From NCBI GenBank assembly GCA_050916045.1, contig CP051526.1:2944001-3008000 (forward strand): DNA of 64,000 nt. The letters run 5' to 3'. This stretch comes from Tepidisphaera sp. (GTDB lineage Bacteria > Planctomycetota > Phycisphaerae > Phycisphaerales > UBA1924). Positions 1 through 10,529 of the stretch are shown in pieces. Numbering within the stretch: the first letter of the stretch is position 1; every line of letters begins with the position of its first letter. A program made the translations under genes and the position numbers. The notes under the pieces were generated by a model, which worked only from the letters and a program-made list of their open reading frames with translations, made no database searches and had not been told where the DNA came from.

Positions 1-3
1 CCC

Positions 4-552
4 ATGCCGGAGCCGACCGCCGAGAGCAACCCCGAGAGCGCGGACCCCGCGCCGCAGCCGCCCGCTCGCCGGCGTTCGACCAAAGCAACCGCCGCCGCGA
101 AAGCCCGCCGCGAGGCGCTCGTCGAAGCATCCGCGCTCATCGATGCCGCGATCGCGCACCTTAACGAAACCTACGCCGCGACGGGCCGCAGCTTCCGCAT
201 CGAACACGTCTCCGGCGGGTTCCGCGTCATGACGCTTCCCGCCTACGCAAGCGTCGTCGCCGCCATCCACGCCAACCGAGCCCAGACCAAGCTCACCAAA
301 GCCGCCGTCGAAGCCCTCGCCATCATCGCGTACAAGCAGCCCATCACGCGGGCTCAGCTCGAAGCCATCCGCGGCGTCGCCTGCGGCGAGGTCCTCCGCT
401 CGCTCATGGACCGCCGCTTGGTCACCATCAAGGGCCGGTCGGAAGAGCTCGGCCGCCCGATCCTCTACGCGACCAGCAAGCAGTTCCTCGACCACTTCGG
501 CCTGGCTTCGATCGCGGACCTGCCCACGCTCACCGAACTCAAGCCCGTCTGA
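4..552 (+). CDS. scpB: SMC-Scp complex subunit ScpB (5' end may lie before the window)
   Basis: LTKAAVEALAIIAYKQPITRAQLEAIRGV...GRSEELGRPILYATSKQFLDHFGL..LP is the typical ScpB winged-helix C-terminal signature. Confidence 0.95.
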   Translation: MPEPTAESNPESADPAPQPPARRRSTKATAAAKARREALVEASALIDAAIAHLNETYAATGRSFRIEHVSGGFRVMTLPAYASVVAAIHANRAQTKLTKAAVEALAIIAYKQPITRAQLEAIRGVACGEVLRSLMDRRLVTIKGRSEELGRPILYATSKQFLDHFGLASIADLPTLTELKPV

Positions 553-567
553 CCGCGAGGCATCACG

Positions 568-1998
568 GTGCGAAAGACTCCCAGATTGCAAGCCGTTCCG
601 CTGATCGCGATCGCTCTGCTCGCGGGGACACACGCCGCGCTCGCGCAGCCTGAACTGCCGAACCCCGCGGCACCCGTGAAAGCCCCGCCGTCGATCCCGG
701 ATGCGCTGGAGATTCTCCACAAAGCCTACCGGTCCGGCCCCGTCGCCGACCGGATCGTCGTCAAAGCGACCGACGCCGCCGGCAAGGAAAGACGCGTTCA
801 GGTCGTCGTCTACACCGACGTGGGCGAGACGCCCAAAGCACCAGCTCCGACCAAGGAAGCTCTCGGAAGCGACCCGACCGCGACCGTGCCCAAGCCGCGG
901 CCCGCCCAGTTCCGCATCGACCTCGCGCAGCTCCACGTGCACGTGCAGGATGCGACGCTGACCGCGATCAACCTCTTTGACCGCACGACGTACTTCCGCA
1001 CGCCGTGCGACGCTTCGCCGCTGAAGGCGCTGGCGGCGAACTTCCCGCCGGTGCCGGTGCCGCAGATAGAGTTCGCGTACGCGGCGGACACGCTTCTCGG
1101 TTCGCCCACGCCGTTGACGACCGGCGCGACGTGGACGAGCATCGAGTCGGGCGTCGAGGTCGGTCGCCCGATGCTGATCCTCAAGGGTTCTTCGCCGGGT
1201 GCGACGCTGACGCTCGCGTTCGACCGCCAGACCAACCGCCTCCGCCGGTTCACCGCCGAGTTCGCGGGCGCGGTGGGGAGCGGGCTCGCCAAGCTTGAAC
1301 TGACGAGCTCTCCGGCCGACGCGGGGGTGGCGAAGAACTGGCTGCTGCCCGTGGATGGGCGGACGCTTGTGGACTCGCCCGCTCTTCTAGTCCCGCCGCG
1401 CTCGGGCCTGGCCGAGGGCTCCTCGATCAAGCACGCTTCGCTGATGACGCGCGAGCTGGCGCCGATGACGCCCGAGTCGCTCTTTGACCAGGGCTCCGAC
1501 GCGGCCGCTCCGCAAGCCGTGGCGCTGGTGACCTTTCGAAGCGAGGCTGTTCCCGACGGTGAAGGCTCGGAGGATCTGGCCGCCGCGATCTCAGCTGCTT
1601 GCGAAGCCGTCAAGATCAAGGGCGGCCGGGCGGGCGTCATCGGTCTGCTTGGCAAGGGCACGCTGGATCCCGAGCAGATCGAGAAGCTCACGGCGCGTCT
1701 AACCGCGCTGGCGACCGATCGCGGCGTGGCCGGCGGGTTCGCGAGCTTGCTGACGGCTTCGGAGGTCCTGAGCATCGAGCGCGGCGGCCAGCCTGTGGAG
1801 ACAGCGATCATCGTCGTGGGGCCCGACCTCAAGGTGCTGGGCGTGGTGGTCGCCGACGACCGCGCGGACGAGAGCGCCAAGCTTCAAGCCGAGGTCGAGT
1901 CGTTCCTGTCGCAGGCCGGGCCGAGTGTTCCGACGGGGAAACCGGCGGACCCCAAAGACAAACCGAGCGAACCCAAAGGTTCGCCCGGCGTGAAGTGA
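568..1998 (+). CDS. secreted hypothetical protein, possibly a LolA-like domain plus a degenerate thioredoxin-like domain
   Basis: GTG start 16 nt after scpB; signal peptide (..LLAGTHAALA-Q); C-terminal part resembles the redoxin fold (AVALVTF; TAIIVVGPDLKV) without CxxC. Confidence 0.6.
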   Translation: MRKTPRLQAVPLIAIALLAGTHAALAQPELPNPAAPVKAPPSIPDALEILHKAYRSGPVADRIVVKATDAAGKERRVQVVVYTDVGETPKAPAPTKEALGSDPTATVPKPRPAQFRIDLAQLHVHVQDATLTAINLFDRTTYFRTPCDASPLKALAANFPPVPVPQIEFAYAADTLLGSPTPLTTGATWTSIESGVEVGRPMLILKGSSPGATLTLAFDRQTNRLRRFTAEFAGAVGSGLAKLELTSSPADAGVAKNWLLPVDGRTLVDSPALLVPPRSGLAEGSSIKHASLMTRELAPMTPESLFDQGSDAAAPQAVALVTFRSEAVPDGEGSEDLAAAISAACEAVKIKGGRAGVIGLLGKGTLDPEQIEKLTARLTALATDRGVAGGFASLLTASEVLSIERGGQPVETAIIVVGPDLKVLGVVVADDRADESAKLQAEVESFLSQAGPSVPTGKPADPKDKPSEPKGSPGVK

Positions 1999-2086
1999 TC
2001 TCTGGTTGACCCGCGGGATCGGGAAGAGCTGAATCAAGCTCGTCGTTCGCGCGGGGTCTGGTTCGCGGGGTTTGGCAGGCCGTCTT

Positions 2087-3106
2087 TCAACTGGCCTGCG
2101 CCCGAGGGTGGGCTTTGTTGTACGCCTCCTGCACGCGGCCGGTCGAGAGGTGCGTGTAGACCTGGGTGGTGCTCAGCGACTGGTGGCCGAGCAGTTCCTG
2201 GACGCTCCGCAGATCCGCGCCGTTGTCGAGGAGGTGCGTCGCGAAGGTGTGGCGGAGGGTGTGGGGGCTGATGGTCGGATCAAGGCCGACCTGCTTGAGG
2301 TACTTGTCGAGCTTGCGGCGGACCGAGCGGCTGGAAAGCCGGCCGGTGTGCTTGTTGACGAAGAGGGGCTTCTTCGCGACATCGGCGCTCGAGGCGTAGC
2401 GGGGCTCTTCGCGGAGCTTCTCGAGGTAGCGAGCGATCGCGGCCAGAGCGTGGCTGCCCAGGGGGACGATGCGTTCCTTCTTGCCCTTGCCGCGGACGTG
2501 GAGGGCTTCGGCGCCAAGGTCCAGGTCCTCGGAGTTGAGGCCGACGAGTTCGCTGACGCGGAGACCGGTCGAGTAGAGGGTTTCGAGCATCGCGCGGTCG
2601 CGGCGGCCGAGGACGTCGGCATCGCCGGGAGCGGCGAGGAGGCGCTCGACCTGTTCGATCGTGATGGCTTTGGGCAGGCGCTTGGCTTGGCGGGGCGTGC
2701 GGATGACGGTGAGGGGGTTGATGCCGGAGGCGCCGCGTCGCTCGGCCCACTTGTAGAAGGAGCGGAGCGTGGCGATCTTGCGGGCCATGGTGGCGGCGGA
2801 GTACTGCTGTTCACCGAGGAACGCGAGGAAGCCGCGGATGGTTTCGCTCGAGGCTTTCCGGATCGTCTCGGTGACGGTCGCGGTCTTGGTGCCGGGGGTG
2901 AGCGTCTGGCCGCGTTCGATGTTCGCGCGGGCCGCGGCGGTCTCCTTCGCGGGGTCGACGGAGATGCCGAGTTCATCGATGAGGTATTCGGTGAACTGGC
3001 GGAGGTCCGCGCCGTAGCAGCGGGCGGTGTACGGGCTGAAGTGCTTCTCGTCGGCGAGGAACTTCGTGAAATCGTCGATGATCGCAAGCGAAACGTTGTT
3101 CTGCAT
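2087..3106 (-). CDS. xerC: tyrosine recombinase XerC
   Basis: SPYTARCYGADL, RKIATLRSFY, RDRAMLETLYSTGLRVSEL, VRGKGKKERIVP, HTLRHTFATHLLDNGADLRSVQELLGHQSLSTTQVYTH (complete R-K-H-R-H-Y catalytic set). Confidence 0.92.
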   Translation of the reverse strand: MQNNVSLAIIDDFTKFLADEKHFSPYTARCYGADLRQFTEYLIDELGISVDPAKETAAARANIERGQTLTPGTKTATVTETIRKASSETIRGFLAFLGEQQYSAATMARKIATLRSFYKWAERRGASGINPLTVIRTPRQAKRLPKAITIEQVERLLAAPGDADVLGRRDRAMLETLYSTGLRVSELVGLNSEDLDLGAEALHVRGKGKKERIVPLGSHALAAIARYLEKLREEPRYASSADVAKKPLFVNKHTGRLSSRSVRRKLDKYLKQVGLDPTISPHTLRHTFATHLLDNGADLRSVQELLGHQSLSTTQVYTHLSTGRVQEAYNKAHPRAQAS

Positions 3107-3202
3107 TGATCGGCTCCTGATCTTCTTTCCCGGGCCACCATCCCGGCTTTGCCCCGTCCTTGGGACACCCTACCTATCGGTCCATTGGGTACCGCCCGTG
3201 AT

Positions 3203-3469
3203 TCAGAGTATACCTTCCTTTTTCCGAACAACCTCGACCGAGGTCCCGTTCCGGATCTCGTGGGCGATGAGGGCGAGATCCACCCAATCAAGGCCCCTGC
3301 CCTGCCGCATGATGTCGCGGACCGCTTCGATCATGGCGGCTTCGTCGCCGCCGACGTACCGGAATCTCCACTGGTGCTCCCCTTTGCGGAAGACGACCTC
3401 GAAGACGTCGATTCCGGGGACGCGCGATTCCACTGGTGCGCTACGAGGGGTACGTGGCTTTGGATCCAT
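3203..3469 (-). CDS. small hypothetical protein (88 aa)
   Basis: ATG 3 nt downstream of the lipoprotein stop; typical codon usage; fills the gap before xerC. Confidence 0.7.
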   Translation of the reverse strand: MDPKPRTPRSAPVESRVPGIDVFEVVFRKGEHQWRFRYVGGDEAAMIEAVRDIMRQGRGLDWVDLALIAHEIRNGTSVEVVRKKEGIL

Positions 3470-3472
3470 GAC

Positions 3473-4303
3473 TTATCGCTCCCCCGGCAGGCCGCCGGAT
3501 GTGAGGTTTACGTTTCCAGAGCGCTGGGCGTTCGCGGTCGGGTTCGCTTCCTGGGACGCGGCGCGGCCGAGGCGAATCCACTCCGACTGCATCAGGCGGG
3601 AGATCGCGAAGCTGGCCGCGAACTCCTCATAAAGCGGCATGGATGCGACGTACCGACGCCAGTTCAGGGCGTCCGTCGGCCTGCTGCGGCCGTCGGCGTA
3701 GGCACGGACATCCATCAGGACCTGATGGTTCTTGCCGTCGAGGTGTTCGGAGACGCTGGCGACGACGCCGTCGCGAGGGCGGGAAGCGGCGGGCGGCTCT
3801 TCGCGGATAGCACCGCGGAGGGCTTTGGCGTCCAGAGCGGTTGAAAGCGTGGCCCCGTCCACGGCCGAGCCGGGCTTGGCGTAGAGGATCATGGAGATGC
3901 CCATGGTGGGCGCGTAGGGGTCGTAGGCGGTGATGCTTCCGGCGAGGACGCCGTCGACGTTGAGGGTGCGGGCGAGGGCCGCGAGGTCGCCTGGCGAGTT
4001 GAGGCTCGTCATTTTGAGCGCACGCATGGCTTCGATCGTGCGGTTGAGGGGCAGGCAGCGGATGCCGCGGACCTGCTCGGCGGCGGCGACGACCTTGTCG
4101 CTGACGACGAGCGGATCAAACCCGGTGGTGCCGGACTCGTTGGCGAAGGGCACGACGGCCCAAAGCACTTCGCCGGGAGCTTCGTAGGGCGAGAGCGTGA
4201 TCTGGGGAGCGGTCAGGGGTGCCTGGGGCGTTGAGCACCCCGTGAGACAGACCGCCGAACCGACGCTTGCCACCGAAGCCAAGATGAACCGCCTGATCGT
4301 CAC
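3473..4303 (-). CDS. lipoprotein of unknown function (alpha/beta, CsgG/TolB-N-like)
   Basis: AAGGAGG RBS (4311-4317) before GTG at 4303; lipobox VCLTG-C; WAVVPFANESG...VDGVLAGSITAYDPY pattern. Confidence 0.7.
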   Translation of the reverse strand: MTIRRFILASVASVGSAVCLTGCSTPQAPLTAPQITLSPYEAPGEVLWAVVPFANESGTTGFDPLVVSDKVVAAAEQVRGIRCLPLNRTIEAMRALKMTSLNSPGDLAALARTLNVDGVLAGSITAYDPYAPTMGISMILYAKPGSAVDGATLSTALDAKALRGAIREEPPAASRPRDGVVASVSEHLDGKNHQVLMDVRAYADGRSRPTDALNWRRYVASMPLYEEFAASFAISRLMQSEWIRLGRAASQEANPTANAQRSGNVNLTSGGLPGER

Positions 4304-4384
4304 CGCTGGGCCTCCTTGCCCGACGCCGCAATGCTCGTCCTGAGCGTGGTGCGTCCGCGATAACAACCCTCATCAGCGGGGTTT

Positions 4385-5785
4385 TCATTCAGGAGATTCG
4401 GCGGGATCGGTGTTTTCCGGGGCCGTGGCGGTGCTCGTTGTGGGGGTTTCGGGGGTCGTTTCGGCCGGCTTGGCGTCCTGAGCGGCGACCGGGGTGGCCG
4501 AGTTCTTGGCGGCGACCGTGTTCGTGCGCACCTGGTCCATCGCCGCGACCACGGGGGCCATGTCGAGCGACCAGAGGTTCTCGCGGCCGGCTCGCTTGGC
4601 CATGAAGATCATGCTTCCGCTCGCACCCCAGGTGGGCATCATCGCGACAGAGGTGTTCTCGCTGACGCGCATCTTCGCGGTGCCGTCGATGTTTTGCACC
4701 CACAGGCGAGCGGTCACCGGCGGCGCATCCGCCGCGGTCTTCAGTTCGGTCTCGCCGCCGAGGGGCACCTCGCTGTACGCGATGCGCGTGCCGTCGGGGC
4801 TCCAGGTGGGGTTGATGAGCGCCGAGAGCGGGCTGGATGCGAGCTCACTCACGCCCGAGACGCGACCGTCCTTGAAGTCGAGCGTCCAGACGCCGAAGGT
4901 GCGCGTGCCGCGCTCGCGAGCGACCTGGAACAGGAGCTTGTCCGAGCCTTCAACGCCCGTGCCCGCGACCGGGCACCACTGCGGGAACATGCCGTACCCG
5001 AGGAACTGCGAGGAACCGGCGCGGCCGAGCGTGGTGACCCAGAGCTCCCAGCGGCCCGAGACCTCGCCCATACGGCAGTACGAGAGCTTGCTGCCATCAG
5101 GCGACCACGAGGGATGAAGTTCATCGGCGGCGTCGCTGGAGACGCGGACGGCCTGTCCGCCGGTCGCGGGCATCACGAAAATGTCCCAGTTTCCGCCGCG
5201 GTTGCTGGCGAACGCGATGCGCGTGCCGTCGGGGCTGACGGAGGGCATGACATCGTCGGCGGGGTCGCTTGTGAGCTGCGTCACGACCTCGCCGGAGAGC
5301 GACTTGATGTAGAGGTCGGAGGTGTGGCGGTGCTGCGTGCTCGCGAAGACGATGTGCGTGCCGTCGGGCGTGACGACGGGGTCAAAGTCGGCACCGACCT
5401 CGGAGAAGCTGACGCGCTCGACGGGGGAGAAGCCCATGGGCTCAGCTTCGCCGGGCGTGCCGCGCGGAGCGTCGCGGAAGCCGCCGTACGGGTACGGGTT
5501 CATCGCGACGGATTCGGAGGGGGCGACGGGGCGGTCGGTCAGGACCGAAAGCGACGCGATGCTCTTGGCGGAGATCGGCGAGACAGAGTCGTTCGCCGGC
5601 AGGGGCGACTCCGCCTTCGAAAGGGGCTTCGCGACCTGCTTGGTTTCGACCATCGGGCCGTCCGGGTTGCCCCACGCGGTGACCGGGCCTTCGGGCTTGT
5701 CCGAAGCGGTGAAGACCGAGCAGCCGGCGAGCACGGCGAGGCCGCAACCGGCGAGAAGGGACGAAACAGTCGTGTTCTTGGTCAT
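4385..5785 (-). CDS. TolB-like lipoprotein with PD40 beta-propeller repeats
   Basis: lipobox LAVLAG-C; repeats PVVTPDGTHIVFAS, PSVSPDGTRIAFASNRGGNWDIF, PSWSPDG, PTWSPDG. Confidence 0.85.
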   Translation of the reverse strand: MTKNTTVSSLLAGCGLAVLAGCSVFTASDKPEGPVTAWGNPDGPMVETKQVAKPLSKAESPLPANDSVSPISAKSIASLSVLTDRPVAPSESVAMNPYPYGGFRDAPRGTPGEAEPMGFSPVERVSFSEVGADFDPVVTPDGTHIVFASTQHRHTSDLYIKSLSGEVVTQLTSDPADDVMPSVSPDGTRIAFASNRGGNWDIFVMPATGGQAVRVSSDAADELHPSWSPDGSKLSYCRMGEVSGRWELWVTTLGRAGSSQFLGYGMFPQWCPVAGTGVEGSDKLLFQVARERGTRTFGVWTLDFKDGRVSGVSELASSPLSALINPTWSPDGTRIAYSEVPLGGETELKTAADAPPVTARLWVQNIDGTAKMRVSENTSVAMMPTWGASGSMIFMAKRAGRENLWSLDMAPVVAAMDQVRTNTVAAKNSATPVAAQDAKPAETTPETPTTSTATAPENTDPAESPE

Positions 5786-5862
5786 GGTCGTCTCTTGTGT
5801 AAAGGTCAGAACGCGGGCGCGAGCACGTCCGCATCCGGGTATCGACCGGCGCGACGACCGGC

Positions 5863-7146
5863 ATGAGCGGACGAGTGCGCGGAATTTCGGACGCGGAGAT
5901 ACCGGACGTTGCCTCCGGCTACCGTTTCGCCTTGCCGAATCCGAATGACATCATCTCGGGGCTCGCGTGGGCGGGCGGGGCGTGCGGTCTGGTGCTTGTG
6001 ATCTACTGGACGATCGCGCTGGCGCGGATGGCGCGAACGGCCCGGGAGCTTCCGACCGCGCGGGATGGGCTTGCAATCGCCGCGGATCGGAAGCAGTGGC
6101 CGTCGGTGGCGGTCGTGATCCCGGCGCACAACGAAGCACGGGTGATCGGGGAGCTGATCGCGTCGCTCCGCAGCCTCGACTATCCGCGATTCACGGTGAC
6201 GCTTGCGCTGGACCGGTGCACGGACGGGACCGCGGACGCGGCGCGAGCGGCGATCGCGGGGGATGAGCGGTTTCGGATCGTCGAGATCGCGAGCTGTGAG
6301 CCGGGGTGGTCGGGGAAGGTGCACGCGGCGCACATCGGCACGCATGAATCGGGCGCGATGAACGCGGACCTGCTGCTTTTCGCGGACGCGGACACGCTCT
6401 TTGATCCGGGGTGCCTGCGGGCGTGCGTGGCGTTGCTCCAAGCTCGCAAGCTCGACATGCTGAGTTTGCTCTCGACGATGCGGCACGAACGGTGGTATGA
6501 GCTTGTCGTGCAGCCGGTCGCGGGGCTTGAGCTGGTCAAGCAGTATCCGCTCGTGCTCGCGAACGAGCGCGGCGCGGGGCGGCGTGCGTTCGCGAACGGA
6601 CAGTTCATGCTGTTTCGCCGCGACTGCTACGCGCGATTCGGGGGGCATCACGAGGTGCGGAAGGAACTGCTTGAGGATTTGCGGTTCGCGCAGATCCTGG
6701 AGTATTACGGGATGGCGTGCGGGGTGCTCTTGGCGGACGGGATGCTCATCTGCCGGATGTACGACACGTGGGGGCAGTTCGTCAAGGGGTGGAAGCGGAT
6801 CTACACGGAAGCGGCGCACCGCAAGCCGGAACGGCTGGTGCGATTGGGGTGGCGGGTGCGTGGGTCGCTCACGCTTGTTCCGGCTGGCGCGATCGCGGGT
6901 CTGGTGGCGGGGTCGATGACGGGACTCTGGTGGTTGGCGGGGCTCGCAGCGGCGGGGTTGGTGCTTTATGTGGTGGGGATGGTGGCGGTGCAGCGTCTTG
7001 GGCGGGGGCCGTTGTGGGCGGCGCTGGCGACGCCGATCGGCGGTTGGGTTGTGGGCGGGCTTTTGATCGGGGCGGGTCGTGACCTCAAGCGGGGCCGCGG
7101 GGTGGAGTGGGCGGGGATGACGTACGACCGGAGGGGCGGGGCCTGA
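5863..7146 (+). CDS. glycosyltransferase family 2, membrane-bound (CrtQ/HpnB-like)
   Basis: VAVVIPAHNEA, DRCTDGT, WSGKVHA, LLFADAD, ANGQFMLF, EDLRFA, RMY..W..GW; C-terminal TM helices and VEWAG. Confidence 0.9.
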   Translation: MSGRVRGISDAEIPDVASGYRFALPNPNDIISGLAWAGGACGLVLVIYWTIALARMARTARELPTARDGLAIAADRKQWPSVAVVIPAHNEARVIGELIASLRSLDYPRFTVTLALDRCTDGTADAARAAIAGDERFRIVEIASCEPGWSGKVHAAHIGTHESGAMNADLLLFADADTLFDPGCLRACVALLQARKLDMLSLLSTMRHERWYELVVQPVAGLELVKQYPLVLANERGAGRRAFANGQFMLFRRDCYARFGGHHEVRKELLEDLRFAQILEYYGMACGVLLADGMLICRMYDTWGQFVKGWKRIYTEAAHRKPERLVRLGWRVRGSLTLVPAGAIAGLVAGSMTGLWWLAGLAAAGLVLYVVGMVAVQRLGRGPLWAALATPIGGWVVGGLLIGAGRDLKRGRGVEWAGMTYDRRGGA

Positions 7147-7164
7147 CGGAATACGATTCGGGCG

Positions 7165-8526
7165 ATGGATTCGGGGATGTTCAAAGCGAGCACGGTGATC
7201 GGCGTCGGAGCCAGCTTGGCTTTGCACGCGGGTGTCGCGACGTGGCTCGCGGTCGCTCCGCCGACGATGACCGTGCCGCAGCGGAGCGGCGAGGAGGGCG
7301 TCGAGATCGTCTTGGGCGATGTCGACGCTCAGGACCCGGTCGCTCGAGCCAAAGCTCTTGAGGACCTCGCGAACAGGACGCCTCCTGTTCCGCCGTCTGT
7401 TCCGCCGGAGGTGCCGCCGACGCCGCCGCCGGAGGCAAAGCCGCCCGAACCCGTCGAGCCCGAGCCCGAAGCCATCGATCTCGACGAGATCATCCTGGGC
7501 ATCGACAAGAGCGATGCGCCCAAGGACACGCCGGCGTTCCTGGGAACCAATGAGCCCACGCCGCACGCGGCTCCGATGTCAGAAGTCGAGCAGCCGGCCC
7601 TGACGACCAAACCGGCCGCAGCACCTGGTCCGCCGGGCGAGAGTGCGCCGGTGAACGAACCGCTTCCGGTCGGGCCGAAGACCGACGTACCCCCGACGCC
7701 CCCGACGCCGCCGGCGGAGCCCGCGCCGGCCGAAAGCCCGGCTGAAAATCCTGCGGAGAGTCCGGCTGAGAGCCCAGCGGAGAACGCGACTCCTGATGCG
7801 ACGCCCGAGGCTTCGCCGGGCGAGCTCCCGCTCACCCCTCCGGCGGACGCTCCACCGCCCGAAGCGGCTGCTGGCCCGCTCGCGCCAGCGCAGCCGGAGA
7901 TCCTGCCCTCGCCGCAAGCGGAGCCGAGCCCGGACCCCGACGGCAAGCCGCTTGCTCCGCTGCTTGAGGTTGATCCCTTCGGCGGGTTCATGTTCATGAT
8001 GCCGGGCGGCGGGATCATCGTGTTGCCCGCGCGGCCGGAACGTGAAGCGACAGCCCCGCCAGCGTCGCCCGCCGCGGCGGCTCCGGCATCGCCTCCTCAG
8101 GCCACGCCGCAGGTCTCCCCCACCGCTCCGCCGCAAGCCGGCGGGGGTGAGCGTTCACGCCCCGGCGAGGTCGCGGGGAAGGAATCAACCGCGTTCACGG
8201 TGAAGAAGACGCAGGATTACAAGCCGGGCCGCACGCTCGCGCCCGAGGGGATCGAGGTCACGACGTTTGATCCCGAGCTTTCGATCCTGTCGACGGTGAC
8301 GGGGTCGGTGCGGAACCCTTTGATCGAGCTTCGTTTCGGGCCTGATGGCAAGGTGAAGTCAGCGAAGTTCAAGAACGGGCTTGATAGCGGGCGGAAGGAC
8401 TGGGATGAGCCGATCCTGCACGCGATGCACCGTTGGACGATCGGCGGGGAGAAGTTCAAGGAGCTTCTGAAGGACAATCCGAATCGCGAGATCGTGATGA
8501 CGATTCGGATGATTTTGACGCGGTGA
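7165..8526 (+). CDS. proline-rich membrane-anchored protein, TonB-like architecture
   Basis: N-terminal TM with SLALH motif, long Pro/Ala/Glu linker, C-terminal alpha/beta domain (LRFGPDGKVKSA...SGRKDWDEPILHAMHRW). Confidence 0.65.
   Translation: MDSGMFKASTVIGVGASLALHAGVATWLAVAPPTMTVPQRSGEEGVEIVLGDVDAQDPVARAKALEDLANRTPPVPPSVPPEVPPTPPPEAKPPEPVEPEPEAIDLDEIILGIDKSDAPKDTPAFLGTNEPTPHAAPMSEVEQPALTTKPAAAPGPPGESAPVNEPLPVGPKTDVPPTPPTPPAEPAPAESPAENPAESPAESPAENATPDATPEASPGELPLTPPADAPPPEAAAGPLAPAQPEILPSPQAEPSPDPDGKPLAPLLEVDPFGGFMFMMPGGGIIVLPARPEREATAPPASPAAAAPASPPQATPQVSPTAPPQAGGGERSRPGEVAGKESTAFTVKKTQDYKPGRTLAPEGIEVTTFDPELSILSTVTGSVRNPLIELRFGPDGKVKSAKFKNGLDSGRKDWDEPILHAMHRWTIGGEKFKELLKDNPNREIVMTIRMILTR
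7724..7786 (+). repeat. 12-bp coding repeat (PAES/PAEN) in the proline-rich linker
   Basis: peptide PAESPAENPAESPAESPAEN. Confidence 0.7.
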
Positions 8527-8534
8527 GGACTTTG

Positions 8535-9431
8535 ATGATCGATTCATTGCTGCTGTGCGCCGCGCCCGGAGTCAAGGTCCAAGTGGATGAGGTGTACGGG
8601 GAGGAAGCCCGCGCCGCTCGTGAGCGTGCGCTAAAGGTCCTGCTTCTCGATCACGACGCGGCGGCAGGCGGGCAAATGGATCGTGCGCTCCGCCACGTTC
8701 CAGCGGGTACCGGCCGGTTGATGTATCGCGGCTGGATGTTGCCAGCGGAGCGTTACGCCGAGTTGACCCAGGCGCTTCGCGCGAAGGGGTACATGCCCAT
8801 CACGAGCGCGGAGGACTATTCGGCCTGCCACCACCTTCCCGGCTGGTACGACTCGATCTCGGACCTCACGCCCCGGAGCCGCTGGCTCGGGCACGGGCCG
8901 CCATACCGCGTTGAGGAGTTCCGTGACCTGCTCGATGGGTGGGCCGGACCGGTGGTTGTGAAGGATTATGTGAAATCCGAGAAGCACGCTTGGCACGAAG
9001 CGTGTTTCGTGCCTGATCCGACAAACTTCGACGCGGCGATCCGAGTGATCAACCGGTTCATCGAGCTTCGTGGGCGAGATTTTGAGGGCGGGCTGGTCCT
9101 CCGCGCCTTCGCCGACCTACGGCGAACGGGAACGCACCCGCGAAGTGGCATGCCGCTCGCGGAGGAAATCCGCACGTTCTGGGCGGGCTCGCGACTCATC
9201 GCGGCGGGCGACTATTGGACGGACGGGCCTGCTGCCGAGATTCCCGACGTGGTTCGCGAAGCGGCTCGAAGAGTGAGTCGCCCATTCTTCACGGTGGACG
9301 CCGCGAGACTCTCGAGTGGCTCCTGGATCATCATGGAAGTGGGCGACGGCCAGGTGTCGGCGTTGCCGGACGGCGTGTCCACCGACGCGTTCTGGACGGG
9401 AATGCTCGGAAGCGATGCCAAACCGGCGTGA
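8535..9431 (+). CDS. ATP-grasp domain protein (R2K clade / DUF4343-like)
   Basis: [55 protein letters not shown]....[11 protein letters not shown]. Confidence 0.85.
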   Translation: MIDSLLLCAAPGVKVQVDEVYGEEARAARERALKVLLLDHDAAAGGQMDRALRHVPAGTGRLMYRGWMLPAERYAELTQALRAKGYMPITSAEDYSACHHLPGWYDSISDLTPRSRWLGHGPPYRVEEFRDLLDGWAGPVVVKDYVKSEKHAWHEACFVPDPTNFDAAIRVINRFIELRGRDFEGGLVLRAFADLRRTGTHPRSGMPLAEEIRTFWAGSRLIAAGDYWTDGPAAEIPDVVREAARRVSRPFFTVDAARLSSGSWIIMEVGDGQVSALPDGVSTDAFWTGMLGSDAKPA

Positions 9432-9487
9432 AGATAGAGCGGCAACCTCGGCACCCGGCTGTCGTGGAATGCGTGTATATTCATGCC

Positions 9488-10525
9488 ATGACCACCAACC
9501 GCCCCGTCACCCTCTTCACCGGCCAGTGGGCCGACCTGCCCCTTGAAACCATGGCTTCCAAAGCCAAGTCCTTCGGCTACGACGGGCTTGAGCTTGCCTG
9601 CTGGGGCGATCACTTCGACCCGGTCCAGGCGACCGGCTCGGATGGCGCTGCGTACTGCAAGGGCCGCCATGATCTGCTCGCCAAGCACGGCCTTAAGACC
9701 TGGGCGATCAGCAACCACCTCGTCGGACAGGCCGTCTGCGACCACATCGACCATCGGCACCAGTCCATCCTGCCCAAGCACATCTGGGGCGACGGCGAAG
9801 CCGAGGGTGTCCGCCAGCGGGCCGCCGCCGAGATGATCGCCACTGCGAAAGCCGCGAAAGCACTCGGCGTGGGTGTCGTCAACGGGTTCACAGGCTCATC
9901 CATCTGGGGCTGGTGGTACTTCTTCCCGCCGACCAGCCAAGCCGACGTCAAGAAGGGGTTTGATGACTTCGCGAAGCGCTGGGGGCCGATCCTGGATGTG
10001 TTCAAGTCGGTGGGCGTGAAGTTCGCGCTCGAGGTACACCCCGGCGAGATCGCGTACGACTACTACTCGGCCCAGACGGCGCTGTCGGCGGTCGGCAACC
10101 ATCCGGCGTTCGGGTTCAACTTTGACCCGTCGCACCTGCTCTGGCAGGGTGTCGCTCCCAACAAGTTTATCGACGGCTTCGCGGACCGGATCTTCCACGT
10201 CCATATGAAGGACGTCGCGGTGCACTACGGCGCCAAGGGCGGAAGCGGTGGCGACGGCTTGACCGGTGTGCTCGGGTCGCACCTGTCCTTCGGCGATGCT
10301 CGCCGCGGGTGGGATTTCCGCTCGGTGGGCCGCGGGCATGTGAACTTCGAGTCGATCATGCGGAGCCTGAACCGCGCGAGATACGCCGGGCCGCTCAGCG
10401 TCGAGTGGGAAGACCCGGACATGGACCGCGACCACGGCGCGACGGAGAGCTGCGCGTTCGTCAAGCGGCTTCAGTTCAAGCCGGCGGCGGGCGCGTTTGA
10501 TGCGGCGTTTGAGAAGAAGGGGTAA
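9488..10525 (+). CDS. sugar phosphate isomerase/epimerase (xylose isomerase-like TIM barrel)
   Basis: [51 protein letters not shown]. Confidence 0.92.
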   Translation: MTTNRPVTLFTGQWADLPLETMASKAKSFGYDGLELACWGDHFDPVQATGSDGAAYCKGRHDLLAKHGLKTWAISNHLVGQAVCDHIDHRHQSILPKHIWGDGEAEGVRQRAAAEMIATAKAAKALGVGVVNGFTGSSIWGWWYFFPPTSQADVKKGFDDFAKRWGPILDVFKSVGVKFALEVHPGEIAYDYYSAQTALSAVGNHPAFGFNFDPSHLLWQGVAPNKFIDGFADRIFHVHMKDVAVHYGAKGGSGGDGLTGVLGSHLSFGDARRGWDFRSVGRGHVNFESIMRSLNRARYAGPLSVEWEDPDMDRDHGATESCAFVKRLQFKPAAGAFDAAFEKKG

Positions 10526-10529
10526 GGAC

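Noticed and set aside
2087..3106. Phage or island integrase
   Set aside because: It has chromosomal XerC/D motifs and size, with no att site, tRNA or mobile genes nearby
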